A DNA stretch of 64,000 bases. It comes from an uncultured Actinomycetota bacterium. GTDB lineage: Bacteria; Actinomycetota; Acidimicrobiia; Acidimicrobiales; SZUA-35. The stretch spans positions 101,454 to 165,453 of the forward strand of contig CAVTAP010000016.1 of the NCBI GenBank assembly GCA_963732695.1. Direction: 5' to 3'. Shown piece by piece: positions 17,683 through 26,708 of this stretch (the stretch's first letter is position 1; each line of letters starts with the position of its first letter). Below the pieces are notes generated by a model. That model was not told where the DNA came from. It ran no database searches and saw only the letters and a list, made by a program, of their open reading frames with translations. The translations under genes were made by a program, and so were the position numbers.

Positions 17683-17816
17683 TGACTGCTGTTCCTCCGA
17701 CTCGCCAGCTGCCTGCCCCGGCGGGTGACCGCTCGACGATGGTACCGGTTGGAACCTTCCGATCGGCGGCAATGGGCGATTCTTGCGCTTTCGAGTCAGG
17801 AATCGTGCGTCCGATG

Positions 17817-18428
17817 TCAGGAGCTGCGGGTGAGGGTGACGGCGTAGGAGGCCAGATCGATCCCGTTGTCGGCCCGGGTGACCAGGGCCAACAGGGGGTG
17901 GCGGGCGTCGGCCGGCGCCCCCTCGGCCAGTAGGGCGTAGCGCATGGGCCAGGTGGTGCAACTGTTCGTGCACTCCGTGTACCCATGCTCGAGATAGGTC
18001 ACGGGGCCGGCCGGGCTGCCCAGATCCTCCACCGCCGTGGCGTCGGGCACGTCGGCGGCGCTGGCGAACCAGCCATGGGCGCCGTTGAGGAACACGGGGC
18101 TCCGGCACTCCGGACTCCAACGCTCCAGCTCGATCCGCCCCTGGTGCGAGCCGTCGTCGATCGTTATCGAGCCGGTCCGGGTGGAGCAGCCCGCTCCCCC
18201 ACCGCCGGTGTCGAACGGATCACCCGGCTCGTCGACCGTGACCGTGATCGACGCGCCGTCGGGCACCGCCATCGACAGACCGTCGCCTATGGGGGTCAGC
18301 GTGGTGTCCTCTCCCACCAGATCCAGGGCGTCGCCGTCTCCGCCCCCGATGCCGAGGCAGCCGCACAGCGTGAAGCCGGCGGCGAGGGCGGCCAGGACCG
18401 GCCGAACGGATGCGGGCGACACCTGCAC
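17817..18428 (-). CDS. Hypothetical lipoprotein
   Basis: 203 aa. The N-terminus VLAALAAGFTLCGCLG is lipobox-like. I recognise no family. Confidence 0.5.
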   Translation of the reverse strand: MQVSPASVRPVLAALAAGFTLCGCLGIGGGDGDALDLVGEDTTLTPIGDGLSMAVPDGASITVTVDEPGDPFDTGGGGAGCSTRTGSITIDDGSHQGRIELERWSPECRSPVFLNGAHGWFASAADVPDATAVEDLGSPAGPVTYLEHGYTECTNSCTTWPMRYALLAEGAPADARHPLLALVTRADNGIDLASYAVTLTRSS

Positions 18429-18453
18429 GGGTGCAGACCGTTCTACGGTGTGC

Positions 18454-18645
18454 TCAGGCCCGGTTACGGCGGTTGCTGATCGTCAGGTACAGACCGCCGA
18501 CCAGGCCGAAGATCACCGCGAACCACAGGATGAACGCCAGCAGCCCTCCGATGACCGGGATGTACACCACCACGAAGCGGAGCAGGAAGGCCACAACGGC
18601 CAGCACCAGCAACGCGCTTCCCGGTTCCATCAGCAGACGACCCAT
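18454..18645 (-). CDS. Small integral membrane protein
   Basis: From MGRLLMEPGSALLVLAVVAFLLRFVVVYIPVIGGLLAFILWFAVIFGLVGGLYLTISNRRNRA, with two or three hydrophobic helices. The start was chosen at the internal ATG. Confidence 0.4.
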   Translation of the reverse strand: MGRLLMEPGSALLVLAVVAFLLRFVVVYIPVIGGLLAFILWFAVIFGLVGGLYLTISNRRNRA

Positions 18646-18669
18646 GGCACCGAGTATAGGAACGCCCCT

Positions 18670-19686
18670 ATGAGCAGCGAGGTCGCCCCCGTGCCCATCC
18701 ACTTCCCCCGCATCAGCCCGGCGTCATGGGAGCATCCCACCGACCGGGCCGCTCTGGCCGCCCTGCGCACCATCCCCGGGTTCGACACGGTGATCCGCAA
18801 GGTCGTCGGCATGTTCGGCGAGCGCAACATTCGTATCAACTACCAGGCCCAGGCGCTGCGGGTGGGGCCCAGCCAGTACCCCGACCTCCACCGCCAGCTG
18901 GAAGCCGTGTGCACCGTGCTCGACACCGACGTGCCGCCGCTGTACGTGTCGCAGACGCACCTGGCCAACGCCGGGGCCGTGGGCGTGGACCGGCCGTTCA
19001 TCGTGCTCAACAGCTCGCTGGTGGAGCTGTCGAGCCCCGACCAGCTCCGCTTCGTGCTCGGCCACGAGGTGGCCCACATCATGAGCGAGCACGTGCTCTA
19101 CCGCACGATGCTGTTCCTCCTGCTCGACGTGGTCCGCCCGGCCAGCGGGCTGGTGGGCCCGGCGGCCTGGCCGGTCACGCTGGCCCTGCTGGAGTGGCAC
19201 CGCAAGGCCGAGATCTCCTGCGATCGGGCCGGCCTGCTGGCGGTGCAGGACCCGGCGGCCGCCTACGGCTCGCTCGGGGTGATGGCGGGCGGCATCCGGG
19301 GCCGGGAAGGCGAGATCGACGTCGAGGCGCTGAAGGCCCAGGCCGCCGAGTACCTCGACCGCAACGGCCTCGACGGGTTCTACAAGTTCATGTCCACCGT
19401 GGGCCGCACCCACCCGTTCCCCGTGATCCGGGTAGCCGAGCTCACCACATTCCTGGACGATGGCCCCTACCGGGCCATCCTCGGCGGCACCTACGTGCGC
19501 CGGGGCGAGGAACCACCGCTCTCGGCCGATCTGTCGGCGGCCCGCAAAGGGTTCTCCGACTCGGCCCAGAAGGTCTTCACCAACGCCGACGAGTACGTCA
19601 ACAAGACGTTGGTGGGGTGGGCCACCAACCTGCGCCGTCGGGGGGAGGGCCGGGCCGAGGAGGGTGGCCCCGGGGACGGGAGCTAG
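18670..19686 (+). CDS. M48-family zinc metallopeptidase
   Basis: Starts MSSEVAPVPIHFP. The HEXXH motif sits in FVLGHEVAHIMSEH. The upstream 211 codons of the track ORF are rejected. Confidence 0.85.
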   Translation: MSSEVAPVPIHFPRISPASWEHPTDRAALAALRTIPGFDTVIRKVVGMFGERNIRINYQAQALRVGPSQYPDLHRQLEAVCTVLDTDVPPLYVSQTHLANAGAVGVDRPFIVLNSSLVELSSPDQLRFVLGHEVAHIMSEHVLYRTMLFLLLDVVRPASGLVGPAAWPVTLALLEWHRKAEISCDRAGLLAVQDPAAAYGSLGVMAGGIRGREGEIDVEALKAQAAEYLDRNGLDGFYKFMSTVGRTHPFPVIRVAELTTFLDDGPYRAILGGTYVRRGEEPPLSADLSAARKGFSDSAQKVFTNADEYVNKTLVGWATNLRRRGEGRAEEGGPGDGS

Positions 19687-20372
19687 CTCTCGCGGTCCTG
19701 CCAGGTGCAGATGCAGGCCTCGTTGCCCTCGGCGTCGGCCAGGATCCACCACGCCCTGGCGTACTGGTCGGACACCAGGGTGCCACCGGCGGCCAGGGCG
19801 GCGGCCAGCCGCTCATCAGCCACGTCGTGGGGCACGATCACGTCGAGGTGGAACCGGTTGCGCTCGGTGCGGGGCTCGTCCATCTGCTGGAACCACAGCG
19901 ACGGCCCGATCCGCAGAGGGTCCTTGATGGCATGGACCGGCTCGGTCTGATCGGCGACGACGTCGTCGACGTAGCCCAGCACGGCCCGCCAGAACGGGAG
20001 CACAGCCCCGATGTCGAGGGCGTCGAGGGCCAGCTCGCTCACCTGGGCCGCCACCGGGTCGGGGGCGGCGCCCCGCTCTGCGGCCAGGGCCGAGACCGTG
20101 CGGGCCAGGGCCACGTCGAGGTCGGTGACGGCCCGGCCGGCAGCGTGGGTGGTGAGCCGCACGTGGACCACGCCGGGATAGCGGACGTCGATGTCGGGGT
20201 GGTGGTCGGCGGCGTCGGCCGCGGCGGCGATCGCCGCCACCAGATCGGCGGCGGCGGCGAACCCGGGGGCCCGGAACCGCCCCTCGATGCAGCCGGCGGT
20301 GTAGCGCCAGTCGCCCAGCGCGGGCTCCGCCGCCACCTCGGCGGCGGTGAGGACGGTATGGGAGGACATCAC
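19683..20372 (-). CDS. Fusion of a pterin-4a-carbinolamine dehydratase-like domain and a VOC/glyoxalase-like domain
   Basis: 229 aa. The N-terminal half carries DHHPDIDVRYPGVVHVRLTTH, the PCD signature. The C-terminal half (ALDALDIGAVLPFWRAVLGY...RFHLDV) is VOC-like. Confidence 0.7.
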   Translation of the reverse strand: MMSSHTVLTAAEVAAEPALGDWRYTAGCIEGRFRAPGFAAAADLVAAIAAAADAADHHPDIDVRYPGVVHVRLTTHAAGRAVTDLDVALARTVSALAAERGAAPDPVAAQVSELALDALDIGAVLPFWRAVLGYVDDVVADQTEPVHAIKDPLRIGPSLWFQQMDEPRTERNRFHLDVIVPHDVADERLAAALAAGGTLVSDQYARAWWILADAEGNEACICTWQDRES

Positions 20373-20393
20373 CCCAACCTTAGACCGTCGGGG

Positions 20394-21344
20394 TCAGTGG
20401 TCGTCGTAGTGGGCGCCGTGGGCGGCGTGGCGGTGACCGTCGTGGATGTAGTCGACATGGTCGCCGTGGGGGATGGCCTCGTGGCCGCAATCGGGGCCGT
20501 GCTCGTGGGGGTGCTCGCGCATGTCGTGGTGGCGACGCCCGTGCCATCGGCTCCGCAGCCACGACGCCACCGACGCCACCAGGAACAGGGCGATGGCGAG
20601 GAGGACGATGGTGCCGCCCGACGGTGTGTCGGCGTAGTACGAAAGCCCGGTGCCGGCCACACTCGCCGTCACGCCCACCGCCACCGCCACCGCCATGCTC
20701 GACCGGAAGCTGGTGGCCGTCACCTGGGCCACGGCGTTGGGCACGATCATGAGGGCGCTGATCAGCAGCAGGCCGACGATGCGCATGGAGATGACCACGG
20801 TGGCGGCCGTCAGCACGGCCAGGAGCACGTTGAGGCCGAGCACGTTCATCCCGCTGGCCCGGGCGAACTCCTCGTCGTTGCTCACGGCGAACAGGCGGGG
20901 GGCGAGCCCCACCGCCACCGCCAGGACGACGGCGGAGAGGAGGCCGAAGACCATCAGGTCACCGGTGGTGGTGGTGGTGATGGCCCCGAACAGGTAGGCC
21001 GACAGGTTGGCCGGCGTGCCCCGGGGCGAGAGTCCGATGAGCACCACGCCGCCGGCGATGCCGCCGTAGAACATGACGGCCAGCGCCACGTCGGCACTGG
21101 CCTTGCCCCGGGCCCGGATCACCTCGATGGCCACCGCACCGGCGACGGAGCAGGCCAGGGCGACCAGCACCGGGGCGCCGCCGGTGAGCACGCCGAGGGC
21201 GACGCCGGTGAGGGCGACGTGCCCCAGGCCGTCGCCGATGAGGGCCAGGCGTCGTTGGACCAGGTAGACCCCGACCACGGGGGCGGTGAGCCCGACCAGG
21301 AGCGCAGCCAGCAGGGCCCGCTGCATGAAGGCGTAGTGGAGCAT
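20394..21344 (-). CDS. Metal (Zn/Mn) ABC transporter permease, ZnuB/TroCD family, with a His-rich C-terminal tail
   Basis: 316 aa. The ABC-3 family core reads MLHYAFMQRALLAALLVGLTAPVVGVYLVQRRLALIGDGLGH. The last 50 residues contain 15 His (WHGRRHHDMREHPHEHGPDCGHEAIPHGDHVDYIHDGHRHAAHGAHYDDH). Confidence 0.9.
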   Translation of the reverse strand: MLHYAFMQRALLAALLVGLTAPVVGVYLVQRRLALIGDGLGHVALTGVALGVLTGGAPVLVALACSVAGAVAIEVIRARGKASADVALAVMFYGGIAGGVVLIGLSPRGTPANLSAYLFGAITTTTTGDLMVFGLLSAVVLAVAVGLAPRLFAVSNDEEFARASGMNVLGLNVLLAVLTAATVVISMRIVGLLLISALMIVPNAVAQVTATSFRSSMAVAVAVGVTASVAGTGLSYYADTPSGGTIVLLAIALFLVASVASWLRSRWHGRRHHDMREHPHEHGPDCGHEAIPHGDHVDYIHDGHRHAAHGAHYDDH

Positions 21345-21371
21345 GTCCGGCCGTCCTCCCCCGCCGCCCGG

Positions 21372-22139
21372 TCAGCCCGTCGCCGGGGCGCCGTGCAGCC
21401 CGGGGCGGGCCAGCCGCCCGAGGGCGGTGCTGCCAGCCGGGTCGTCACCGACCACCGAGCCGCCGGCCACCGCCACCATCCGGGTCAGGATCGACGCCAG
21501 CGGGACGACGTCGTGGGTGACGATCAGCAGGGTCCGCCCGTCGGCCATGAGGCGGGCCAGGGTCCGGGTCAGGGCCTCGGCGCTGGCGGCGTCGACTCCG
21601 GCCGTCGGTTCGTCCATGACCAGCACCTCGGGATCGGCGGCCAGGGCCCGGGCGATGAGCACCCGCCGCTGCTGCCCCCCCGACAGGGTCGACACCGGGG
21701 CCCGACGCTGGTCGCCCAGGCCGACCACGTCGATCGCCCGTGTCACCTCCGCCCGGTCGACGGCGCTCGACGGCTTCCACCAGCTCCCGCGGGCGAGCCG
21801 GCCCGAGGCCACCACCTCCTGCACGGTGGAGGGCACGGCCCCGACGACGGTGTGCCGCTGGGGGACGTAGCCGATGCGCCAGCGCTCGTTGAAACGTCCG
21901 GCCGGCACGCCGAACAGGCGGATCTCGCCCCCCAGGATCGGCGCCAGCCCGAGGACACCCCGCACGATGGTCGTCTTGCCCGAGCCGTTCGGGCCCACCA
22001 GCGCCACCACCTCGCCCCGGTCGATTCGGAGCGAGACGTCGCTGACGACGGCCCGGCCGCCGTAGCCGATCGAGGTGTGGCGCAGCTCGATCACAGGCCC
22101 GCTGTCGAACGCGCCGGACGATGGCTCGGCCTGCGTCAC
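21372..22139 (-). CDS. Metal ABC transporter ATP-binding protein (ZnuC-like)
   Basis: 255 aa. Walker A GPNGSGKTT, signature LSGGQQQR, Walker B LVMDEP. It overlaps the upstream substrate-binding gene by 4 nt. Confidence 0.9.
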   Translation of the reverse strand: MTQAEPSSGAFDSGPVIELRHTSIGYGGRAVVSDVSLRIDRGEVVALVGPNGSGKTTIVRGVLGLAPILGGEIRLFGVPAGRFNERWRIGYVPQRHTVVGAVPSTVQEVVASGRLARGSWWKPSSAVDRAEVTRAIDVVGLGDQRRAPVSTLSGGQQRRVLIARALAADPEVLVMDEPTAGVDAASAEALTRTLARLMADGRTLLIVTHDVVPLASILTRMVAVAGGSVVGDDPAGSTALGRLARPGLHGAPATG

Positions 22140-23077
22140 GAGCAGGGCTGCCCGGCCCTGAGGACGGCGAGATTGGCGCGCATCACGCCAAGGTAGTCCT
22201 GTGCGGCCGAGGCGTCGCCTATTCCCTCGATGGGATCGAGCACGGCGGTTTTGGCCCCGGTCTCGGCTGCCACCGTCTCGGCCACCTCCGGGCTCACCAG
22301 TGTCTCGTAGTAGATGGTGGCGACGTCGTGCTCGATGACGAAGTCGGCCACCTCGGCCATGGTGGCGGCGTCGGGCTCGGCCTCGGGGCTGAGCCCGGTG
22401 ATCCCCAGCTGGTTCATGCCGTAGCGCCGGGCCAGATAGCCGAACGCCTCATGGCTGGTGACGATGTCGGTGTCGGCGCACGAGGCGAGGCCGGCGGCCA
22501 GCTCGGCGTCGAGCGCCTCCAGCTCACGGCGCAACGCCGCGGCGTTGGCCGTGAAGGTGGCGGCCCGCTCGGGGTCGGCCGCCGCCAACCGCTCGGCCAC
22601 CGCGTCGCCGACGTCGGCCAGACGGGTGGGATCGAGCCAGAAGTGCGGATCGGCGACAGGATCGTCGGCCTGACCTCCCCCGCCCTCCTCGTCGACCCCG
22701 GTGAGGTCCAGGCGGGCGGCCGGGGCGACGTCGAACGCCCGGTCGCCGGCCTCGCCCGCCGCCGCCTCGTCCACCGCCGGCTGGAACCCACCGAGGTAGA
22801 CGACGAGGTCGGCGTCGGCCACCGCCGCCACGGCCTGGGGGTTCAGCTCCAGATCGTGAGGTTCGGCCCCCGGCTTGGTGAGGTTGGTGACCGTCACCGC
22901 CGCACCCCCCACCCGCTCGGCGGCGTACTGCAGCGGGTAGAAGCTCGCCACCACCTGGAGCGACCCACCGCCACCCGGCGTGTCAGCACCGGGCTTGTCG
23001 GCGCCCGACGTCGACCCGCCGCAGGCGGTGAGACCGGAGCCGACCAGCAGCATCAGTGCGAGCGTCCGTATCGACAT
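22136..23077 (-). CDS. Metal ABC transporter substrate-binding lipoprotein (ZnuA/TroA family)
   Basis: 313 aa. Lipobox LTAC, DPHFWLDP motif, TroA-like fold signatures. The exact metal cannot be decided from sequence. Confidence 0.9.
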   Translation of the reverse strand: MSIRTLALMLLVGSGLTACGGSTSGADKPGADTPGGGGSLQVVASFYPLQYAAERVGGAAVTVTNLTKPGAEPHDLELNPQAVAAVADADLVVYLGGFQPAVDEAAAGEAGDRAFDVAPAARLDLTGVDEEGGGGQADDPVADPHFWLDPTRLADVGDAVAERLAAADPERAATFTANAAALRRELEALDAELAAGLASCADTDIVTSHEAFGYLARRYGMNQLGITGLSPEAEPDAATMAEVADFVIEHDVATIYYETLVSPEVAETVAAETGAKTAVLDPIEGIGDASAAQDYLGVMRANLAVLRAGQPCS

Positions 23078-23086
23078 GGCCCGACT

Positions 23087-23109
23087 CTAATGAGATTGAT
23101 TCCCAATCG
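23087..23109 (-). promoter_or_regulatory. AT-rich, partly palindromic candidate Fur/Zur box directly upstream of the binding-protein gene
   Basis: ctaatgagattgattcccaatcg lies 10-30 nt upstream of the start at 23077 and is an AT-rich patch in GC-rich DNA. It only loosely resembles the TGAAAATGATTTTCA-type Zur boxes known from actinobacteria. Confidence 0.35.
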
Positions 23110-23154
23110 CAACGGAGCTGCGGGTCAAGGAGCTGGGGGGTCGAGGAGCTGGGG

Positions 23155-23610
23155 TCAGCCGGTGGTGCAGTCGGCGCAGATGCCGTAGACGTCGATGTCG
23201 TGGGTGGCCTGGCCGAACCCGGCGTCGAGGGCGATGCGGGCGAAGGCGGCGTCGAGCGACCGCTCCAGCTGGCGGTCGAGGGTGACGTCGCGGATCACGC
23301 CGCACCCCCGGCAGATCAGGTGGTGATGGTGGCCGGTGAGCCCCTCGGCCAGCTCGTAGTGGGCGTGGTCGTTGCCGTGCACGAGGCGGCGCACCACCCC
23401 GGCCTGCTCCATCATCGACAGGTTGCGGTAGGCCGAGCTCTGGGTGAGATCGGGCGCCTGTTCCAGCAGCGCCGGCAGGGTGAGGGGTGTGCCGGCGCCC
23501 ACCAGCGCCTCGACGAGGGCCTGGCGGCCCCGCGTGTAGAGCTGGTCGATCCGACCCAACCGGGTCTTGACCTCCTGGTGCAGCTCGTCGTCGGCGACGC
23601 CCATCTCCAA
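23155..23610 (-). CDS. Fur-family metalloregulator (probably Zur)
   Basis: 151 aa. HTH region, HHHHLICRGCG...CADC metal-site cysteines. It lies directly upstream of and co-directional with the znuACB-like genes. Confidence 0.85.
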   Translation of the reverse strand: MEMGVADDELHQEVKTRLGRIDQLYTRGRQALVEALVGAGTPLTLPALLEQAPDLTQSSAYRNLSMMEQAGVVRRLVHGNDHAHYELAEGLTGHHHHLICRGCGVIRDVTLDRQLERSLDAAFARIALDAGFGQATHDIDVYGICADCTTG

Positions 23611-23638
23611 ACCCTACCCACCCGGTTAGCGTGAGACG

Positions 23639-25222
23639 GTGCCCCGGTCGAAGCAAGGCTCCACGCTGGGCATGGCGGCGGTGGTCGTGTCGATCGGGAT
23701 CGTGCTGTCCCGGGTGCTCGGCTTCGCCCGTGAGCTGGCCATCGCCGGATTGCTCGGCGTGGGTGACCAGTCGTCGCTGTACGAGACCGCTTTCACCATC
23801 CCCGACTGGCTCACGTTCCTCGTGGCCGGCGGCTACCTGTCGATCACGCTGGTGCCGCTCCTGAGCCGACACCTGGCCGACGACGACGAGACCGAGGCGA
23901 TGCGGACCTTCACCGCCGTGTTCCGGTTCGTGGGCGCCTTCTTCGCCATCTTCGCCCTGGTGACCGTGCTGGCGGCGGGGATCATCGTCCACACCGTGTT
24001 CGGCCGGGTGAGCGACCAGGCCCAGCTCACCTCGCTCACCCGGGTGGCGCTGGCCTCCCAGGTCTTCTTCGGGCTCGGCGCCCTGCTGATGGCGGCCCAG
24101 TACGCCCGGCGCAGCTTCATCATCCCGAGCCTGGCGCCCCTCGTCTACAACGGGTCGATCGTGGGCGGCGGCCTGTTGGGGTGGCTGACCGGGAATCCGA
24201 GTCCGGCCTGGTTCCTGTGGGGCGGCCTGGTGGGAGCGGCCACCGGCAACTTCGCCCTCCAGTGGGTGGGGGCCCGCCGGGCCGGCTTCCGTCTGGTGCG
24301 GGGGGTGCCATGGCGGCACCGGGCGGTGAAGGAGTACCTGGTGCTGGCGTTCCCCCTCATGATCGGGGTGTCGGCGGTGGGCCTGGACGAGCAGTGGCCC
24401 CGCCTGTTCGGCCAGTACGCCGAGACCGGGGCGGCATTCGCCCTGGGGGCGTCACGGTCGCTCAACATGTTGCCGGTCGGCATGATCGCCCAGGCCGCCG
24501 GGGTGGCCGCCTATCCCTTCCTGGCCGGCCTGGCGGCCGAGGGCCGGACCGACGAGCTGAGCCAGACCGTGGTCCGCTCCGTTCGGGCCGCGGTGGCCGC
24601 CGCCGCGCTGGCCGCCGGTGTGCTGGCGGCGCTGACCGTGCCGGCGGTAGCCGTCACCTACGGCCACGGAAAGGTGACGGCGGCCGACGTGTCCTGGATC
24701 GGCCTGCTGCTGTTCTGGTACTCGATCTCCATCCCGTTCTGGTCGGCCCATCAGGTCTACACCCGGGGCTTCTACGCCATGCGCCGCATGTGGACGCCGG
24801 TGCTGATCGGATCGGCCGTCACCGCGGTGACGGTCCCGATGCTGTGGGTGATGGCCCACCGGTGGGGGGCGGCCGGGATCGCCGGCGGCAGCACGATCAG
24901 CGTCACCCTCTACACGCTGTCCATCGGGGCGGCCTGGCACCTGCTGGTGCCCCGTTCGGGAGCGGGAGCGATGCTCGGGTTCGGCGTGCGGGCCCTGGTG
25001 GCGTCGGCCACCAGCGCCGGGGTCGGCTACGCCCTGGCCTCCTGGCTGCGCCACGTCGGCACGCCGTCGCTCGTGCGGCTGGCGGTGGTGTCGCCTGTCG
25101 GCGCCGTCGTGTTCCTGGCCGTGGCCCGGCTGCTGGGGGTGGACGAGATCAACGACGTGCTGGCCCGCCTCTACCACAAGGCCCGGGCCCGACTGCCACT
25201 GCCGGCCGCACGGCCGGGGTGA
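23639..25222 (+). CDS. murJ: Lipid II flippase MurJ (MviN)
   Basis: 527 aa, polytopic. The N-terminus ...VVSIGIVLSRVLGFARELAIAGLLGVG..SLYETAFTIPDWL is MurJ-typical. An alternative ATG start lies at 23672. Confidence 0.85.
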   Translation: MPRSKQGSTLGMAAVVVSIGIVLSRVLGFARELAIAGLLGVGDQSSLYETAFTIPDWLTFLVAGGYLSITLVPLLSRHLADDDETEAMRTFTAVFRFVGAFFAIFALVTVLAAGIIVHTVFGRVSDQAQLTSLTRVALASQVFFGLGALLMAAQYARRSFIIPSLAPLVYNGSIVGGGLLGWLTGNPSPAWFLWGGLVGAATGNFALQWVGARRAGFRLVRGVPWRHRAVKEYLVLAFPLMIGVSAVGLDEQWPRLFGQYAETGAAFALGASRSLNMLPVGMIAQAAGVAAYPFLAGLAAEGRTDELSQTVVRSVRAAVAAAALAAGVLAALTVPAVAVTYGHGKVTAADVSWIGLLLFWYSISIPFWSAHQVYTRGFYAMRRMWTPVLIGSAVTAVTVPMLWVMAHRWGAAGIAGGSTISVTLYTLSIGAAWHLLVPRSGAGAMLGFGVRALVASATSAGVGYALASWLRHVGTPSLVRLAVVSPVGAVVFLAVARLLGVDEINDVLARLYHKARARLPLPAARPG

Positions 25223-25259
25223 TACTGCCGGCCGCACGGCCGGGGTGATACTGCCGGCC
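25199..25259. repeat. About 2.3 tandem copies of a 26-bp unit spanning the murJ stop codon
   Basis: ctgccggccgcacggccggggtgata occurs at 25199-25224 and identically at 25225-25250, followed by the partial copy ctgccggcc. Each unit contains a CCGGCCG/CGGCCGG hairpin and a TGA. Confidence 0.9.
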
Positions 25260-25292
25260 CAGAGCCCCTCAACCGGGGGCCGCCGGGCGCCG

Positions 25293-26708
25293 ATGGAGAA
25301 GGCATCTCCCGATGGGACGGTGCACATGAGCGAGAGAACGGGGCAGCGAGCCGTGGCTGACGCGGTGGCCTCCGATGCGCTGGAGGATCGGGTGGCCCGG
25401 CTGGAGGCCCAGCTGCACCAGGAGCGGGAACGCAACCGGGCCCTCACCTCCATGATCGAGGACCGGACCCGCTCGATCTCCCAGGCCCAGGCCAAGATGC
25501 GGGACAACCAGGCCTACCTGGAGAGCATCCTGCGCAGCCTGTTCTCGGCCCTCCTCATCACGGACTTCGACGGAACCGTGACCGCGGTGGGCGGTGCCAC
25601 CCGTTCCCTCACCGGGCTCGACCGCGATGACCTCGTCGGCCGGCCGGTGTGGGAGGTCCTGCAGTTCCCCGGCGACGACGGCGCCCCCCGGGACATCGAG
25701 GCGCTGTGCCGGTCCCAGCAGGAGGCGGAGCTGGTCAAGGCCGGGGGCGGCACGGTGCCGGTGCTGGTCAACGTGTCGGAGCTCCGCAACGAGCGGCGCC
25801 AACCGGTGGGGGTTGTGTTCCTCGCCACCGACCTGAGCGAGCGCCGCCACCTGGAACTGGAGCTCCGCCAGGCCCAGCGGCTGGAGGCCATCGGCCAGCT
25901 GGCGGCCGGCGTGGCCCACGAGATCAACACACCGATCCAGTTCGTGGGCGACAGCGCCCGCTTCCTGGGTGACGTGCTCGACGACCTCGTCGGGCTCCTC
26001 GGCTGCTACGGCGAGCTGAAGGCGCAGGCGGCGGCGGCCGGCCTGGCTGAGGCGGTGGCCGCCGTCGACACCCGGATCGACGACATCGAGCTCGACTTCC
26101 TGCTGGAGGAGGCGCCCCGGGCGGTGGAGCGCACGCTCGACGGGGTCAGCCGGATCGCCACCATCGTCAAGGCCCTCAAGCAGTTCTCCCACCCCGGCGG
26201 GGAGCACAAGACCCCCACCGATCTGAACGAGCTGATCGAGACGACCCTGGTGGTGGCCCGCAACGAGTACAAGTACGTGGCCGACGTGTGCACCGACCTG
26301 GGGCCGATCCCCCAGGTCACCTGCCACCGGGGCGACGTCGCCTCGGTGCTTCTGAACCTCGTGGTGAACGCGGCCCACGCCCTGGCCGACCGCTTCGGCG
26401 GTACCGACCAGCGGGGCCAGATCGTGATCCGGTCCCGCCCCGACGCCGACGGCGAGGGTGTGACGATCGAGATCGCCGACACGGGAGGCGGTATCCCGGC
26501 CGCCATCCGGGACCGGGTGTTCGAGCCGTTCTTCACCACCAAGGAGGTGGGCAAGGGTACGGGCCAGGGCCTGGCCATCGCCCACAACGTGGTGGTGACC
26601 AAACACCGGGGGCGGCTCAGCTTCGAGGTCGACGACTCGATACCGGCCGACGATCCCCGGGCCGGTACCACGTTCCGGGTGTGGCTCCCGGTGGACGGGC
26701 GGCCGTGA
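25293..26708 (+). CDS. Cytoplasmic sensor histidine kinase (coiled coil - PAS - HisKA - HATPase)
   Basis: No TM segment seen. PAS-like [37 protein letters not shown]-box [16 protein letters not shown]-boxes DTGGGIP and GKGTGQGL. The start is the ATG at 25293 or at 25326. Confidence 0.85.
   Translation: MEKASPDGTVHMSERTGQRAVADAVASDALEDRVARLEAQLHQERERNRALTSMIEDRTRSISQAQAKMRDNQAYLESILRSLFSALLITDFDGTVTAVGGATRSLTGLDRDDLVGRPVWEVLQFPGDDGAPRDIEALCRSQQEAELVKAGGGTVPVLVNVSELRNERRQPVGVVFLATDLSERRHLELELRQAQRLEAIGQLAAGVAHEINTPIQFVGDSARFLGDVLDDLVGLLGCYGELKAQAAAAGLAEAVAAVDTRIDDIELDFLLEEAPRAVERTLDGVSRIATIVKALKQFSHPGGEHKTPTDLNELIETTLVVARNEYKYVADVCTDLGPIPQVTCHRGDVASVLLNLVVNAAHALADRFGGTDQRGQIVIRSRPDADGEGVTIEIADTGGGIPAAIRDRVFEPFFTTKEVGKGTGQGLAIAHNVVVTKHRGRLSFEVDDSIPADDPRAGTTFRVWLPVDGRP

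Noticed and set aside
17683-18120. Upstream 146 codons of the 613-aa ORF
   Set aside because: It is Arg/Pro/Gly-rich and overlaps the neighbouring lipoprotein gene. An SD plus GTG at 17682, immediately before the TM helix, gives a far better start.
18726-22196. 1156-aa plus-strand ORF, the longest in the window
   Set aside because: It runs off-frame through the M48 peptidase gene and antisense through the four well-supported minus-strand genes (PCD-VOC, permease, ATPase, binding protein). Its Gly/Arg/Pro/His-rich composition shows no domain resemblance. It is a classic high-GC artefact.
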